Shown here piece after piece: positions 28,347 to 40,005 of a DNA stretch of 64,000 bases. This DNA is from an uncultured Ectothiorhodospiraceae bacterium (lineage in GTDB: Bacteria; Pseudomonadota; Gammaproteobacteria; CAYFWJ01). The stretch's first letter is position 1. Each line of letters begins with the position of its first letter. Where the stretch lies: NCBI GenBank assembly GCA_964346755.1, contig CAYFWJ010000002.1, positions 5,939 through 69,938 on the forward strand, in the 5' to 3' direction. The notes beneath the pieces were generated by a model. That model did not search any database. It was not told the DNA's origin and was given only the letters and a program-made list of their open reading frames with translations. The position numbers were made by a program, and so were the translations under genes.

Positions 28347-29022
28347 CACTCATGAGTCCTCAGTCGCGGCGGACGAATCGGTACGACCGTCGCTTATGCG
28401 CCGCTTGTTGCGCGCCATGAAGATGTTGCTGAGTAGTCGAACCGAACGCGGGTATGGAGGACCGGTGACATGCGCAAGGCTGGCGACGGGTTCCGTCCTA
28501 GGCGAATCGCAGGGTGTGACGATGTGCTCAAGGCATCGTTCCCAAGATAACCCTAACACCTTAGCAGGCACAGGATCGCCTACTCACAGGGGCTTTGCAA
28601 GGTTTTTAAATTAATAAAAGACTGAACATGATGAATTTATAAGTGAATAAAATCAAGTAATAAACGGGTGAGGATCACCGGTCGCTCGACGCTCGACAGA
28701 ACCGGCCCTCGGTTTCCCGAATCGGGCGTCCTGAGCCGTTCGTTCTAGGGGATGGGACCGATCAAGCCGCAAGAGATTCACCGCAAACGGATGTCAATAA
28801 TCCAGGCAATCGTGATCTGGATTGGGCATTGCGAGTGGCCCGTTACGTTTCGTCGGAGCTCGAAAAAATCAGCGCACTTGTCTAAGAAAATCGGACGGTT
28901 CGATGGTATGTGTTGTAGGTCGCGTATCGCGTTCATTCGTCAACCGATGGACGCGCGGCCTCGGTAAAGTGCGCCTCGGTGTGCCTCTTTCGGGATCCAC
29001 TCGACCATGCTAATTTCAAGCT

Positions 29023-30198
29023 ATGAAGTACACCCTACGTCTTATTGCTCGCGGGATCGTCATCGGTCTCGCCGTAGCTTATGTCGTGACGCTACTCGTC
29101 GAGGAGCCCACCCGGAATCCCGATGCGACGGTGTCCGTTCGCGAGCTCCCGCCCGCAGCGGGCCCCACACCGGTGACAAACCAAAGGGGGAGCGCCACCG
29201 AAGCGGGGTCGTACGCAGATGCCGTCGAGCAGGCGGCATCTGCCGTGGTGAGTATTCATAGCGCCCGTTCGTTCAGGCTCGAAGATCACCCGCCGCTATC
29301 GGATCCTTCCCTCCGCCGGTTCTTCGAGGGGCCAGACGGGAGGCTACAGCCCCGTGATGAGGAAAGCCTTGGCTCAGGGGTCCTGGTGAGTCCGGAGGGA
29401 TACCTCCTGACGAATCACCACGTCATTCACTCGGCGGAGGACATCCGAGTCCAGTTCTCGGATAACCGTTCGACACCGGCCGAACTCGTCGGCAGCGACC
29501 CGGATACGGATTTGGCGGTTCTCCGCGTGGACCTGGTGAATCTCCCCCAACCGGTCACGTTCGGTAATGCCGATCGATTAAGAGTCGGTGATGTGGTTTT
29601 GGCGATCGGTAATCCCTTCGGCGTCGGGCTCACGGTCACCCAAGGCATCGTCAGTGCGATCGGGCGGGACCGGCTGGGGCTCAGCACCTACGAGGACTTC
29701 ATCCAAACCGATGCGGCGATCAATCCCGGGAATTCGGGCGGTGCCTTGATCAATACACAAGGAGACTTGGTCGGTATTAACACGGCGATCTTCTCGCAGT
29801 CGGGTGGATCCCAGGGGATTGGATTCGCGATCCCGAGCAATCTTGCGCAATCGATCCTGACCAACCTCATCCAGAGCGGTGAAGTCGTGCGGGGCTGGCT
29901 CGGCGTTCAAGTCCAAGACCTGGACGCGCCTTTGGCCGACTCCTTCGATTTGACGAGCGCCCAAGGGGCCTTGGTGGCTGGCGTGGTGGACGATGGGCCG
30001 GCTGCCGAGGCCGGTTTAGAACCCGAAGACGTTATCACGCGAATCGGTGATCGCGAGATTACGGATGTGAAGGATCTGCTTTACGTGGTCGGACGCCAGA
30101 CCCCCGGTGATCAGGTTCAGGTGACGGCCATTCGCGATGGGGAATCGATCACGCTTGCGGCTCAGCTTAGCAAGCGACCGTCGTCGGCAGAGCGGTAA
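29023..30198 (+). CDS. Periplasmic trypsin-like serine endoprotease with a single PDZ domain (DegS/AlgW-type, Do/HtrA family)
   Basis: N-terminal TM anchor, a protease domain with GNSGGAL (Ser) plus His and Asp contexts, and one C-terminal PDZ domain. At 391 aa it is too short to be DegP/DegQ. Confidence 0.85.
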   Translation: MKYTLRLIARGIVIGLAVAYVVTLLVEEPTRNPDATVSVRELPPAAGPTPVTNQRGSATEAGSYADAVEQAASAVVSIHSARSFRLEDHPPLSDPSLRRFFEGPDGRLQPRDEESLGSGVLVSPEGYLLTNHHVIHSAEDIRVQFSDNRSTPAELVGSDPDTDLAVLRVDLVNLPQPVTFGNADRLRVGDVVLAIGNPFGVGLTVTQGIVSAIGRDRLGLSTYEDFIQTDAAINPGNSGGALINTQGDLVGINTAIFSQSGGSQGIGFAIPSNLAQSILTNLIQSGEVVRGWLGVQVQDLDAPLADSFDLTSAQGALVAGVVDDGPAAEAGLEPEDVITRIGDREITDVKDLLYVVGRQTPGDQVQVTAIRDGESITLAAQLSKRPSSAER

Positions 30199-30298
30199 CC
30201 CGCGCGGCAGCCCATCCCCTCGAAGTCCAGAGGCGATGACTCGGGGGAAATGATACCGAGTTTCACTGGGGGTGATGAGTGGGGTTTGGGGTCTTTTC

Positions 30299-31444
30299 TT
30301 AGCGGTCTGCGAGGATATCGCTGAGGTTCTCGAGAAATTGATCGTTCTCGTCGGGTGTACCGATGGTGACCCGCACACAATCGGCGAGCTTGGGATCACC
30401 GGAGCGACCGAGGTTTTTGATCAAGATCTTACGCTCGAGAAGCGCATCGCAGAGGGTTTGCGCAGGTTGGTTAAGCGTGCGCACTAAAAGGAAATTGGCC
30501 GAGCTCGGGAATACGCGGATACCCTCAAGCCCCCCCAGGGCTTGATAAATCCGGTCACGCTCTCGACGAATAGCTTCTGTCTGACGCCGATAGGCGGCGG
30601 CATGGTCCAGGGCGACCGTGACGGCCGTTTGGGTCAAGGCGTTGATGTTATAGGGGAGCCGGATCTTGTCCAGCTCCTCGATCCAGGCTTGAGGCGCCGC
30701 AAGGTAGCCGAGGCGGGCGCCGGCCAGACCGAGCTTGGAGAGGGTGCCCATGACCACGACATTCGGGAATGCACCGAGGGCATCGATAAGGGTCGCGTCA
30801 GCGAACGGTTGGTAAGCCTCGTCGATGACGACAAGCCCAGGGGTCTGTTCCGCAATCGCGAGAAGGTGCTCCCGATCCCACAGATTGCCCGTTGGGTTAT
30901 TGGGGTAGGCGAGGAATACGAGGCTGGGTTGCTGAGCTTGGATCACCTCGACGAACCCTTTGATGTCCAGGCTGAAGTCGTCGTCCCGAAGTGGAACGGC
31001 CGTAAACGGGCATCCCAGGTAGGTGGCCACGAGCCGATACATCGCGAATGAGGGTTCCGGGGCGAGCACGGGCCGCTCGGTGCCAGAAAGGGCAATAACG
31101 AGGAGCTGGATCAGCTCATCGGAGCCGTTGCCGAGCAGGAGATCGCACCCCTCGGGCAACCTGAGGAAGCCTCGTAGGCGTCTGCGGACCGCCTGTGCTT
31201 GCGGGTCCGGGTACCGGTGCAGGGGTGTTTCACCTAACCGCTGCTGCCACGCCTCACGCACCTCGGGGGGTGCCGGATAGGGGTTCTCCATGGCATCCAG
31301 CTTGATCAGGCCGGTTGCATCCGCAACCGAATAGGCCTGCGACCGTTGGATTTCCGGACGCACCCAGGCCGCGATGCAGGCTTGACTTGTTCGCTGCGAT
31401 TGCGCTCCGGCCTCGAATGACCGGCTTTCCGGTTGCCCCTTCAT
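30299..31444 (-). CDS. hisC: Histidinol-phosphate aminotransferase
   Basis: Class II aminotransferase with the PLP lysine in the GTLSKxxGLAGxRLGY context; follows hisD. The N-terminus may be ~25 aa shorter than annotated. Confidence 0.85.
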   Translation of the reverse strand: MKGQPESRSFEAGAQSQRTSQACIAAWVRPEIQRSQAYSVADATGLIKLDAMENPYPAPPEVREAWQQRLGETPLHRYPDPQAQAVRRRLRGFLRLPEGCDLLLGNGSDELIQLLVIALSGTERPVLAPEPSFAMYRLVATYLGCPFTAVPLRDDDFSLDIKGFVEVIQAQQPSLVFLAYPNNPTGNLWDREHLLAIAEQTPGLVVIDEAYQPFADATLIDALGAFPNVVVMGTLSKLGLAGARLGYLAAPQAWIEELDKIRLPYNINALTQTAVTVALDHAAAYRRQTEAIRRERDRIYQALGGLEGIRVFPSSANFLLVRTLNQPAQTLCDALLERKILIKNLGRSGDPKLADCVRVTIGTPDENDQFLENLSDILADR

Positions 31445-31510
31445 CGTACCCCTCGTCGTTGGCGTCGCCCGTTCGCTTGCTTGGCCTCGCCCGACCGATC
31501 CATGGGAAGG

Positions 31511-32830
31511 TCAGTCGCCGCGGGTTTCTGATGACCCGCGGAGTCGTGCCGAGCGCGCGTGGGCCGTGAGCCCCTCCCCATCAGCCAGCGTCCCGGCGGG
31601 CTCCGCCAGGAAAGCGGCCCCGTTCGCTGAACAATCCAATAACGAGGTACGCTTTTGGAAGTCATAGACCCCGAGCGGGGAGGCGAAGCGTGCGTTCCGT
31701 CCGGTGGGAAGCACATGGTTCGGGCCGGCACAATAATCCCCGAGTGCCTCGGCGCTGTACCGACCCAAGAATAGGGCCCCCGCGTGGCGAATCCTGGCCG
31801 CCAGGCCTTTGGGATCGGCGACCGCAAGCTCCAGGTGCTCCGGTGCCAAGTAGTTGGCGACGCGCGCGGCTTCGTCCAGGTCACTGACCTGGATCATCGC
31901 GCCCCGCTGTTCGAGGGACTGACGGATGATCGCATGGCGGCTCATCCGGTCGAGGCGTTCGGTGATGACATCGGCTACGTCGCCGAGGAGCTGTCGATCG
32001 GGGGTGATCAGTGTGGCCTGGGCCTCCTCGTCGTGTTCCGCCTGAGCGAAGAGGTCCATCGCGATCCACTCCGGGTCATTGGTGTCATCGGCGATGATGA
32101 CGACTTCGGATGGGCCGGCGACCATATCGATGCCGACCGTCCCATAGACGAGCCGCTTCGCTGTCGCGACATAGGCATTGCCTGGACCGACGATCTTGTC
32201 GACGGCGGGCACGGTCGAGGTACCGAAGGCAAGGGCGGCGATGGCCTGGGCACCCCCGATGGTGAATACGCGGTCAACACCAGCGACGGCTGCTGCCGCG
32301 AGGACCAAGTCGCTCAATTCACCCCCCGGCGCAGGTACCGTCATCAGGATTTCGCTCACGCCGGCGACGCGTGCCGGTATTGCGTTCATCAACACGGACG
32401 ATGGGTAAGCCGCTTTGCCACCGGGCACGTACAACCCCACCCGATCGAGGGGTGTAATCCGCTGACCCAGCACCGTTCCTCGGTTGTCCTCGTACTCCCA
32501 GGAGGCCATGCGTTGTCGCTCGGCGTAGGAACGGATGCGTTCGGCCGCGAATTCGAGCGCCTCCCGCCGTTGTTGAGATAGACGGTTTAGGGCCTCATGG
32601 AGTCGGTTCGGCGGCAATTCGAGGGCCCTTGGATCCGCTGGGTCGAGTCCGTCAAACTGCTGCGTGTAGCCGAGTACCGCCGTGTCACCCCGCGTGCGAA
32701 CATCATCCAGAATACTGTGGACAACGGCGACGATCTCGCGGTCAAGCTCCGCGCTCCAGGCGGTCCGCGCATCCAATTGGGTCCAGAAATCCGGCTCCAG
32801 GCTATTGAGGTAACAGAGTTCCACCGTCAT
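31511..32830 (-). CDS. hisD: Histidinol dehydrogenase
   Basis: HisD signature ([15 protein letters not shown], GPGNxYV, AQAEHD, Zn-ligand His/Asp). hisG is not adjacent. Confidence 0.9.
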   Translation of the reverse strand: MTVELCYLNSLEPDFWTQLDARTAWSAELDREIVAVVHSILDDVRTRGDTAVLGYTQQFDGLDPADPRALELPPNRLHEALNRLSQQRREALEFAAERIRSYAERQRMASWEYEDNRGTVLGQRITPLDRVGLYVPGGKAAYPSSVLMNAIPARVAGVSEILMTVPAPGGELSDLVLAAAAVAGVDRVFTIGGAQAIAALAFGTSTVPAVDKIVGPGNAYVATAKRLVYGTVGIDMVAGPSEVVIIADDTNDPEWIAMDLFAQAEHDEEAQATLITPDRQLLGDVADVITERLDRMSRHAIIRQSLEQRGAMIQVSDLDEAARVANYLAPEHLELAVADPKGLAARIRHAGALFLGRYSAEALGDYCAGPNHVLPTGRNARFASPLGVYDFQKRTSLLDCSANGAAFLAEPAGTLADGEGLTAHARSARLRGSSETRGD

Positions 32831-33053
32831 CGGCTGATCCTCGGCTGATTGGGACTCACGGGCACGGGTCTGACTTGGGGGGTTCCGGAGCGTCGATTCA
32901 TCGCCCTTGCAGGGGATGTGGATCGCTCGGGCGGCGAGGGTTGTCGACGTCAGCGGTCGCCTTGCCCGTGGATGAGCGTTGTTGTGGGTTGCCTCAACCC
33001 CCCGTCGCGATGCTCCTCATTCAGCGAAGGCATTCGCTCCTGGCTCCATCGGT

Positions 33054-34967
33054 CTAGAGGTCCTCTTTGACCTCGATGTCGGCTCGAGCCCTCAAGCCTT
33101 GTAAAAAGGCCTGAAAGTCGGCATCGCCCCAGGCTTGCTCAATACGGCGTCGCTCTTGCTCAGGCGGGGCGTCGCTTGACCCGGGACGGACATCGGTTAG
33201 CCGGGCCACCGTATAGTCCCCGTCGCTTAGTTGAGCTGTGACGACATGGGGTTTGTCGAGGTTGGAATCGAGTGGGACTGCGAACGCCGCCCGCCGGAGC
33301 TCGAGCGGGAGGTCGGATGCGTTGCGCCCGAACCAGCGCAGGTCGTGGATGCTCACCGCTTCGGCGTTCCCGCTGAGTGCGCTCAGCTCGACATCCGGAT
33401 CGTCCCGCAAGCGTTCAGCCAGGGAGCGACCGCGAGAAGCGGCGCGGGATCGGGCTTGTTGCTCCGTCACCGCCCGGACGACCTGGGCTCGAACCTCATC
33501 CAAGGGTCTGACCTGCGGGGGTTCGTGACCCTCGACGCGCAGCACCACCACCTCATTGGTGCCGACCTCGACCGGGTCGCTGTTCATTCGCTCGTTCAAT
33601 AGCTCGTCACTGAAAGCCGTCTGACGGACCTTCGGGGTGCTTGCGATGCCGTCCCCGTTCGAAGCGGTAAACCAATCGGTGGTTTGAATCTCAAGCCCCA
33701 GTTGCTGTGCTGCGGGCTGAAGGGAATTGGGGTTTTCGTAGGCGAGATTGACGAGCGTGTCGTATTGATCATAAAAGAGATCATCGGCCTCGCGTCGTCG
33801 ATAGTCGGCTGCGAGTTCGCCGCGGACCGCTTCAAACGGTTCGACGCTGCCGCCCTCGATGGCTTCCAGTTTGATCAGATGGACGCCGAATTGGGTCTCG
33901 ACCGGCTGACTGATTGCGCCTGATTCCTCAAGGTTGAATAAGGCGTTCTCAAACGGTTCGACCATCATCCCGCGAGCGACCTCGCCGAGTTGACCGCCTT
34001 GCGGTGCCGATCCCGGGTCATCCGAATGCGCGCGCGCGAGTTCGGCAAAGGTGGCCTCATCGTTCAGTATCTGCGCCCGGAGGGATCGGGCCTCTGCGAT
34101 GAGGGAATCCGTGGCGGACGAGTCGCCGTTCTCCTCCGAGGTTAGGAGGATATGCCGGGCCGTCCGGCGCTCTTCGGTGGTATAGCGCTGCTTCTCTTCT
34201 TGGTATAACGCTTTCAGGTCGGCGGTCGTCGGTTCGATGGAGTCCGCAATCTGGGCGGCGCTGAGCTTCAAATACGCGACGCGAACCCGCTCGGGCCGAC
34301 GGAATTGGTCCGCATTGGCCTCGTAATACTGGCGGATGGTGGCATTGTCCGGTTGGATCTGCGTCTCGAAGGTCTCCGATTCGACGCGTAACCAACCGAG
34401 CCGGCGCTCTTGACCGCGAAGGCGTGTCTGTTCGCGCCATCCTTGCTCGGTTATAAATGCGCTATTCTGAAGGCCTTGGCGGATCTGACTCACCGTCAAG
34501 TCTTGCCGCAGCTGGGACTCGAAGCGGCCGGGCGACAAGCCGACCGACTGGAGTTGGGCCTCATAGGCGCTGCGGCTGAATTGTCCGTTTTCCCGAAAGA
34601 CGTCGAAACCACTCAGGCGTTGGAGGACCAGGTCATCTGCGGCGCGCAAGCCATGCTGCGCTGCTGCCTGTCGGAGTAACTCTCGGTCGATCAGCCCGTC
34701 GAGCACCCGCTGCTTGAGGCCGATTTGTTGGAAGAAGTCGGCCGAGACTTGATCGGATAACTGTTGTTGGAGTCGCTGGCGGGTTCTCAGATATTCCTCT
34801 TCGAAGGCGCGCGGCGGGATCTTCGTGCCATCGACCTGGGCCACGTAGTTCTCACCGCCGCCGCCGAGGTATTCCCCGATGCCCCAGAGGACGAACGGAA
34901 TGCTGATCAGGAATACAATGACATAGGCAAGCCATCCTCGGATGCCTTCGCGAATGGACTGTAGCAT
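33054..34967 (-). CDS. ppiD: Periplasmic chaperone PpiD (SurA-like peptidyl-prolyl isomerase, membrane anchored)
   Basis: N-terminal TM anchor (WLAYVIVFLISIPFVLWG), SurA-N and parvulin-like domains, and conserved placement after hupB as in E. coli. Confidence 0.85.
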   Translation of the reverse strand: MLQSIREGIRGWLAYVIVFLISIPFVLWGIGEYLGGGGENYVAQVDGTKIPPRAFEEEYLRTRQRLQQQLSDQVSADFFQQIGLKQRVLDGLIDRELLRQAAAQHGLRAADDLVLQRLSGFDVFRENGQFSRSAYEAQLQSVGLSPGRFESQLRQDLTVSQIRQGLQNSAFITEQGWREQTRLRGQERRLGWLRVESETFETQIQPDNATIRQYYEANADQFRRPERVRVAYLKLSAAQIADSIEPTTADLKALYQEEKQRYTTEERRTARHILLTSEENGDSSATDSLIAEARSLRAQILNDEATFAELARAHSDDPGSAPQGGQLGEVARGMMVEPFENALFNLEESGAISQPVETQFGVHLIKLEAIEGGSVEPFEAVRGELAADYRRREADDLFYDQYDTLVNLAYENPNSLQPAAQQLGLEIQTTDWFTASNGDGIASTPKVRQTAFSDELLNERMNSDPVEVGTNEVVVLRVEGHEPPQVRPLDEVRAQVVRAVTEQQARSRAASRGRSLAERLRDDPDVELSALSGNAEAVSIHDLRWFGRNASDLPLELRRAAFAVPLDSNLDKPHVVTAQLSDGDYTVARLTDVRPGSSDAPPEQERRRIEQAWGDADFQAFLQGLRARADIEVKEDL

Positions 34968-35072
34968 GATGGGGTTGAACCGTCTTACGAGCGAATCGGT
35001 TGGGGTCGTATTCGACCGCTGGTGATTATGCTATCAAAAAAAAGGGCGCCATCGGCGCCCTTTTTCGGTCGT

Positions 35073-35149
35073 TGGCGGAGTGGACGGGACTTGAACCCGC
35101 GACCCCCGGCGTGACAGGCCGGTATTCTGACCAGCTGAACTACCACTCC
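35073..35149 (-). tRNA. tRNA-Asp (anticodon GTC)
   Basis: The reverse complement folds as a cloverleaf: acceptor GGAGTGG/CCACTCC, D-arm AGTTCAGCTGGTCAGAAT, anticodon loop CTGTCAC, T-arm GGTTCAAGTCC and an encoded CCA. Near-identical to E. coli tRNA-Asp. Confidence 0.9.
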
Positions 35150-35172
35150 GACTTAAAACTTAAGATCCTTAA

Positions 35173-35248
35173 TGGTGGGTGCTGAGGGATTCGAACCCCC
35201 GACCCTCGCCTTGTAAGGGCGACGCTCTCCCAGCTGAGCTAAGCACCC
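35173..35248 (-). tRNA. tRNA-Val (anticodon TAC)
   Basis: The reverse complement GGGTGCTTAGCTCAGCTGGGAGAGCGTCGCCCTTACAAGGCGAGGGTCGGGGGTTCGAATCCCTCAGCACCCACCA has the anticodon loop CTTACAA, the T-loop GGTTCGAATCC and CCA. Confidence 0.9.
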
Positions 35249-35265
35249 TTACCCCAATCGAAGGT

Positions 35266-35538
35266 TTAGTTTACCGCATCCTTCAATGCTTTTCCAGCCT
35301 TGAACGACGGGACCTTCGATGCGGGAATCTCCATTTCCTTGCCGGTCTGTGGGTTTCGACCCGTTCGGCCCTCGCGCTCTCGTACGAGAAAGGACCCGAA
35401 GCCCACGATGGTCACTTGATCTCCCTCCTGGAGGGTCTTTGTTATCGTGTCGATAACGGCGTCAACGGCGCGAGACGCCGCAGCTTTCGGCAAGTCCGCG
35501 GATTCTGCAACGGCGTTAACCAGCTCGGTTTTATTCAT
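35266..35538 (-). CDS. hupB: DNA-binding protein HU-beta
   Basis: 90 aa; the HU signature GFGxF...R.GRNPxTGxxxxIxA is present. Confidence 0.95.
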   Translation of the reverse strand: MNKTELVNAVAESADLPKAAASRAVDAVIDTITKTLQEGDQVTIVGFGSFLVREREGRTGRNPQTGKEMEIPASKVPSFKAGKALKDAVN

Positions 35539-35826
35539 TGCCCCCAGTTCCTGTCATCGGCGATGCATCTCGAGTCGTTATTCCTCGAGGCACCGAAAGG
35601 CGGATTTTTCGACCCGTCAGGCAGAGACGGCAGAACATCCGCCCCGGCCGTCTCGTGTCGTTATAGCAAGGCCGTTTTTCCGCGTCAACCGGGCTCCGGG
35701 CCAGGGTCCTCGGGGGCGCGGCGGGTGATTTCTGCCTGAATGGCTGTTTCGAATTCACCCGCCTTGCTTCGAGCGGAGGCGTGTATTCAGCCCCCCGTCC
35801 TTAAAAAAGCCTGTAAGAGAAGGATC

Positions 35827-38268
35827 TTAGTGGTGGCGCGGCGCTCGGCGCTCACGTTCCAATTCACTCTCTTGGGTCGTTTCGAGTGGCGCGCTCTCCG
35901 TTCGTTCCTCATCGAGGGGGGCGGGTTGATGCACCAACGCGACATCGAGCACCTCATCGATCCAGGTAACAGCCTGTATATCAAGCTTGTTCTGGATATT
36001 CTTGGGAATCTCACGGAGGTCCTTCTTGTTCTCGGCCGGGATGAGCACCGTCCGAATGCCTCCCCGATGGGCCGCTAGGAGTTTCTCCTTGAGTCCGCCG
36101 ATTGGCAGGACTTCTCCCCGCAGCGTGATCTCGCCCGTCATCGCCACATCGGCTCGGACCGGTATTCGGGTATAAGCCGATACGATGGCGGTGCACATCG
36201 CGATCCCCGCGCTCGGGCCATCCTTGGGTGTAGCCCCTTCCGGTACGTGCACGTGAAGATCGAAGCTGTCGAGCTCCTCGGGCTTCACTCCGAGGGCGGG
36301 CGACCGGCTCCGCATGACGGTCATGGCCGCTTGGACCGACTCCTGCATGATATCGCCGAGCTGGCCGGTGTGCTGAAGCTTGCCCTTGCCGCGCATGATG
36401 GCTGCTTCGATCGTCAACAACTCACCACCGACTTGGGTCCAAGCGAGCCCCGTGGCTTGGCCGATGCGATCCTGCTCCTCGGCGATACCGAACCGGTATT
36501 TGCGTACCCCGAGGTATCGATCCAGGGTCTTTGGTGTAATCGAGAGTCGTTTCTGGACAGGCTTCTGGGCCAGTTGTCGCACCGATTTACGGCAGACCTT
36601 GGCGATTTCCCGCTCCAGGTTTCGAACCCCGGCCTCCCGCGTGTAATAGCGGACGATGTCTCGAGTCGCGGCCTCGCTGAACTGGATCTCGTTGGCCTTC
36701 AATCCGTTCTGTTTGATCTGTTTGGGGATCAGATAACGGGTCGCGATGTTGGCCTTTTCATCCTCGGTGTATCCGGGGAGCCGGATGACCTCCATCCGGT
36801 CCAGCAGCGGCTCGGGGATGTTCATGGTATTGGCGGTCGCCACGAACATCACGTCCGAGAGATCGAATTCGACCTCGAGATAGTGGTCACTAAAGGTATT
36901 GTTCTGCTCAGGGTCGAGCACCTCCAGGAGGGCGGATGCCGGATCGCCCCGGAAGTCCATCGCCATTTTGTCAACTTCATCGAGCAAGAACAGCGGGTTA
37001 CGGGTTCCTGTTTTGGACAAACTCTGGATGATCTTGCCCGGGAGCGAACCGATGTAGGTGCGCCGGTGCCCCCGGATCTCCGCCTCGTCGCGCACACCCC
37101 CGAGCGACATCCGGGTAAACTTGCGATTCGTCGCACGGGCGATGGAGCGCCCCAGAGAGGTCTTGCCGACGCCTGGAGGACCAACCAGGCAGAGGATTGG
37201 CCCCTTGAGCTTGCGGACTCGGGATTGGACCGCGAGATACTCGAGGATGCGTTGCTTGACCTCTTCCAGCCCGTAGTGGTCTTCATCGAGCACACGCTCG
37301 GATCGTTCCAGATCGTTCCGGACCTTGGAGCGCTTCTTCCAGGGTAGGCTCACCAACCAATCGATGTAGTTTCGCACGACGGTCGCCTCGGCGGACATCG
37401 GCGACATCATCTTGAGCTTGTTCAACTCCGCAGTCGCCTTGTCCTTGGCCTCCTTGCTCATCCCCGCTTTCTCGATACGATTCTGTAGATCTTCGGTCTC
37501 GTTGGGTACCTCCTCGAGCTCGCCCAGTTCCTTTTGGATCGCCTTCATCTGCTCGTTTAGGTAGTACTCCCGCTGGCTTTTCTCCATCTGCTGCTTGACG
37601 CGACCGCGGATACGCTTTTCCATTTGCAGCAGATCGATCTCGCCTTCAATCAACCCCATCAAGTGTTCGAGCCGCTCTCGTACTCCATCGATCTCGAGTA
37701 CGCGCTGCTTTTCCTCAAGCTTGAGCGACATATGGGCCGCGATCGTGTCGGCGACCCGGCCGGGATCTTCGATACCCGCCAGGGAGGTTAGCACCTCCGG
37801 TGGGACGTTCTTCTTGAGCTTGACGTATTGATCGAACAGGTTAATGGCGGAACGATTGAGGACTTCGGCTTCGCGTTCCTCGATCCCTTCCTGGGGTTCA
37901 AGGACGCGGAGCTGTCCCACGTAGTAGTCGTCCTGCTCGAAGAGATCCAGGCTGCGAGCCCGTTTGCGACCTTCGACGAGCACCTTGATGGTTCCGTCCG
38001 GCAGCTTGAGCATCTGGAGGATACTCGCCAGCGTGCCCACTTCATGGACATCGTCGATGCTCGGCTCGTCCACCTCGGGATTCTTTTGGGCGATCAGAAA
38101 TATCTGCTTATCTTCTTGATTTGCAGCGTTGAGGGCCTGAATGGACTTTTGGCGCCCCACGAACAGGGGGATGACCATGTGCGGATAGACGACGACATCG
38201 CGAAGCGGCAGAACCGGAACGGCTGCCAGCTCATTTGCGTCGACGGCAGAGTGGTTTTCAGAATCCAT
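35827..38268 (-). CDS. lon: ATP-dependent Lon protease
   Basis: The N-terminus [23 protein letters not shown], the Walker [10 protein letters not shown], the catalytic Ser (PKDGPSAG) and Lys are all present. Confidence 0.95.
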   Translation of the reverse strand: MDSENHSAVDANELAAVPVLPLRDVVVYPHMVIPLFVGRQKSIQALNAANQEDKQIFLIAQKNPEVDEPSIDDVHEVGTLASILQMLKLPDGTIKVLVEGRKRARSLDLFEQDDYYVGQLRVLEPQEGIEEREAEVLNRSAINLFDQYVKLKKNVPPEVLTSLAGIEDPGRVADTIAAHMSLKLEEKQRVLEIDGVRERLEHLMGLIEGEIDLLQMEKRIRGRVKQQMEKSQREYYLNEQMKAIQKELGELEEVPNETEDLQNRIEKAGMSKEAKDKATAELNKLKMMSPMSAEATVVRNYIDWLVSLPWKKRSKVRNDLERSERVLDEDHYGLEEVKQRILEYLAVQSRVRKLKGPILCLVGPPGVGKTSLGRSIARATNRKFTRMSLGGVRDEAEIRGHRRTYIGSLPGKIIQSLSKTGTRNPLFLLDEVDKMAMDFRGDPASALLEVLDPEQNNTFSDHYLEVEFDLSDVMFVATANTMNIPEPLLDRMEVIRLPGYTEDEKANIATRYLIPKQIKQNGLKANEIQFSEAATRDIVRYYTREAGVRNLEREIAKVCRKSVRQLAQKPVQKRLSITPKTLDRYLGVRKYRFGIAEEQDRIGQATGLAWTQVGGELLTIEAAIMRGKGKLQHTGQLGDIMQESVQAAMTVMRSRSPALGVKPEELDSFDLHVHVPEGATPKDGPSAGIAMCTAIVSAYTRIPVRADVAMTGEITLRGEVLPIGGLKEKLLAAHRGGIRTVLIPAENKKDLREIPKNIQNKLDIQAVTWIDEVLDVALVHQPAPLDEERTESAPLETTQESELERERRAPRHH

Positions 38269-38337
38269 GGAATTGCTCGCCTCGGCCTGAAGTTAAGCGA
38301 CCCGCTGGGGGAAGGAGTGACTCGGGGGCTATACGCG

Positions 38338-38365
38338 ATTTAAGGACCGTACTGCGGAATTTCAA
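38338..38365 (-). promoter_or_regulatory. Candidate sigma-32 heat-shock promoter for lon (-35 TTGAAA, 14-nt spacer, -10 CCTTAAAT)
   Basis: Minus-strand reading GGTTGAAATTCCGCAGTACGGTCCTTAAATCG about 70-95 nt upstream of the lon ATG. It matches the TTGAAA-N13-15-CCCCATNT consensus at 6/6 and 5/8 positions. Confidence 0.35.
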
Positions 38366-38664
38366 CCGATCCCTTGAGCGGGTGGCAGTCGCTGCGTCAG
38401 CGGTGAGTCCCCCGCAGACGCTGGCCCGGACCCCGAAACGAAGCGAGTGATTGCGTGGGCTTCGAGACGTGTCGCGTGCGGGCGTCTCTCGGCATCGGTG
38501 GGATGCGTCGTCCTGGGGCAGTACGTGGGTGAGAATGACCCCTCGGGTTGGTACGCGACCCCGAGGGGGTACCATGTGACGGGTTGACTCGGGCGAGCGG
38601 CGCTGAACACGCGAAACCGATTCATCGACCCGTAGAGGCGACGAATGCCCCAGCGGGCTAGTAA

Positions 38665-38685
38665 CCGGCATCCCAATGATGCCGG
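38665..38685 (-). terminator. Hairpin (8-bp stem CCGGCATC/GATGCCGG, 5-nt loop) about 55 nt downstream of the clpX stop
   Basis: Inverted repeat in the sequence, followed on the minus strand by a short T-containing stretch (GGTTACT). Confidence 0.35.
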
Positions 38686-38739
38686 AGGTTACCACCGCAT
38701 ACCACGCTCGATGCCGTTGAGACGCCGCGGAACCAGCCG

Positions 38740-40005
38740 CTAGAGTTCATCCGACCCGGTTGCCCGTTTGCCTTCACCCCCGTCGAAGAGTAAGAAGGGC
38801 TTGGCATCGCCGTTGATGACGACTTCATCGATCACGACTTTGCGCAGTCCATCGGTTGAGGGTAGATCGTACATGATGTCCAACAAGACGTTCTCGAGGA
38901 TCGTTCGAAGCCCTCGAGCCCCGGTCCCTCGATCCAGGGCATTGCGGGAGATCGCACGCAAGGCGTCCTCACGGAATTCGATCTCACAGCCCTCCATCTC
39001 GAACAGCTTGTGGTACTGCTTGGTCAGGGCATTCTTGGGCTCGGTCAAGATCTGGATTAGGGCGTCTTCATCGAGCTCGTCCAGGGTCGCTGTGACCGGC
39101 AGGCGCCCGACGAACTCCGGAATGAGCCCGTATTGGATTAGATCCTCCGGCTCTACCTGACTGATCATCTCCCCGAGTGAACCCCGGTCTTGCTGACTCT
39201 TGACCTCGGCGCTGAAGCCGACTCCCCCCCGTTCCGAGCGTTGCTGGATCACCTTCTCGAGTCCGGAGAAAGCGCCTCCGCAGATAAACAGGATATTGCT
39301 GGTATCGACCTGCAGGAACTCCTGCTGGGGGTGTTTGCGACCCCCCTGGGGAGGAACGGACGCGGTGGTTCCCTCGATGAGCTTCAATAGGGCCTGCTGA
39401 ACACCCTCGCCGGATACATCGCGGGTAATCGACGGGTTATCGGATTTGCGTGAGATCTTGTCGATCTCGTCGATGTAGACGATGCCCATCTGGGCCTTCT
39501 CGACATCGTAGTCGCATTTTTGCAGGAGTTTTTGAATGATATTCTCGACGTCCTCGCCGACGTAGCCTGCCTCGGTCAACGTGGTGGCATCGGCGATCGT
39601 GAACGGGACATTGAGTAGGCGGGCTAGTGTCTCGGCCAACAGGGTCTTGCCCGAACCGGTCGGACCGATCAGCAAGATGTTGGTCTTGGAGAGATCGACG
39701 CCGTCTTTCGCCCCATGGGCCTCCATGCGCTTGTAGTGATTGTAGACGGCCACGGAGAGGGTGCGTTTGGCCCGCTCCTGACCGATCACATACTCGTCGA
39801 GAACCTGATTAATATCGTAGGGTTTGGGCAGTTGGCTTCGGCCAGTGTCTGACTGTTCCTGGATCTCCTCGCGAATGATGTCGTTACATAACTCGACACA
39901 TTCGTCGCAAATGAACACGGAGGGCCCCGCGATCAGTTTGCGTACCTCATGTTGACTCTTCCCGCAGAAAGAGCAGTACAAGACCTTGCCGTTATCTTCG
40001 CTCAT
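38740..40005 (-). CDS. clpX: ATP-dependent Clp protease ATP-binding subunit ClpX
   Basis: Zn-binding N-domain (CSFCGK...CDEC), Walker A GPTGSGKT and the GYVG pore loop. The start is [15 protein letters not shown] at 40005 with a GAGG RBS; the longer upstream ORF is unlikely. Confidence 0.95.
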   Translation of the reverse strand: MSEDNGKVLYCSFCGKSQHEVRKLIAGPSVFICDECVELCNDIIREEIQEQSDTGRSQLPKPYDINQVLDEYVIGQERAKRTLSVAVYNHYKRMEAHGAKDGVDLSKTNILLIGPTGSGKTLLAETLARLLNVPFTIADATTLTEAGYVGEDVENIIQKLLQKCDYDVEKAQMGIVYIDEIDKISRKSDNPSITRDVSGEGVQQALLKLIEGTTASVPPQGGRKHPQQEFLQVDTSNILFICGGAFSGLEKVIQQRSERGGVGFSAEVKSQQDRGSLGEMISQVEPEDLIQYGLIPEFVGRLPVTATLDELDEDALIQILTEPKNALTKQYHKLFEMEGCEIEFREDALRAISRNALDRGTGARGLRTILENVLLDIMYDLPSTDGLRKVVIDEVVINGDAKPFLLFDGGEGKRATGSDEL

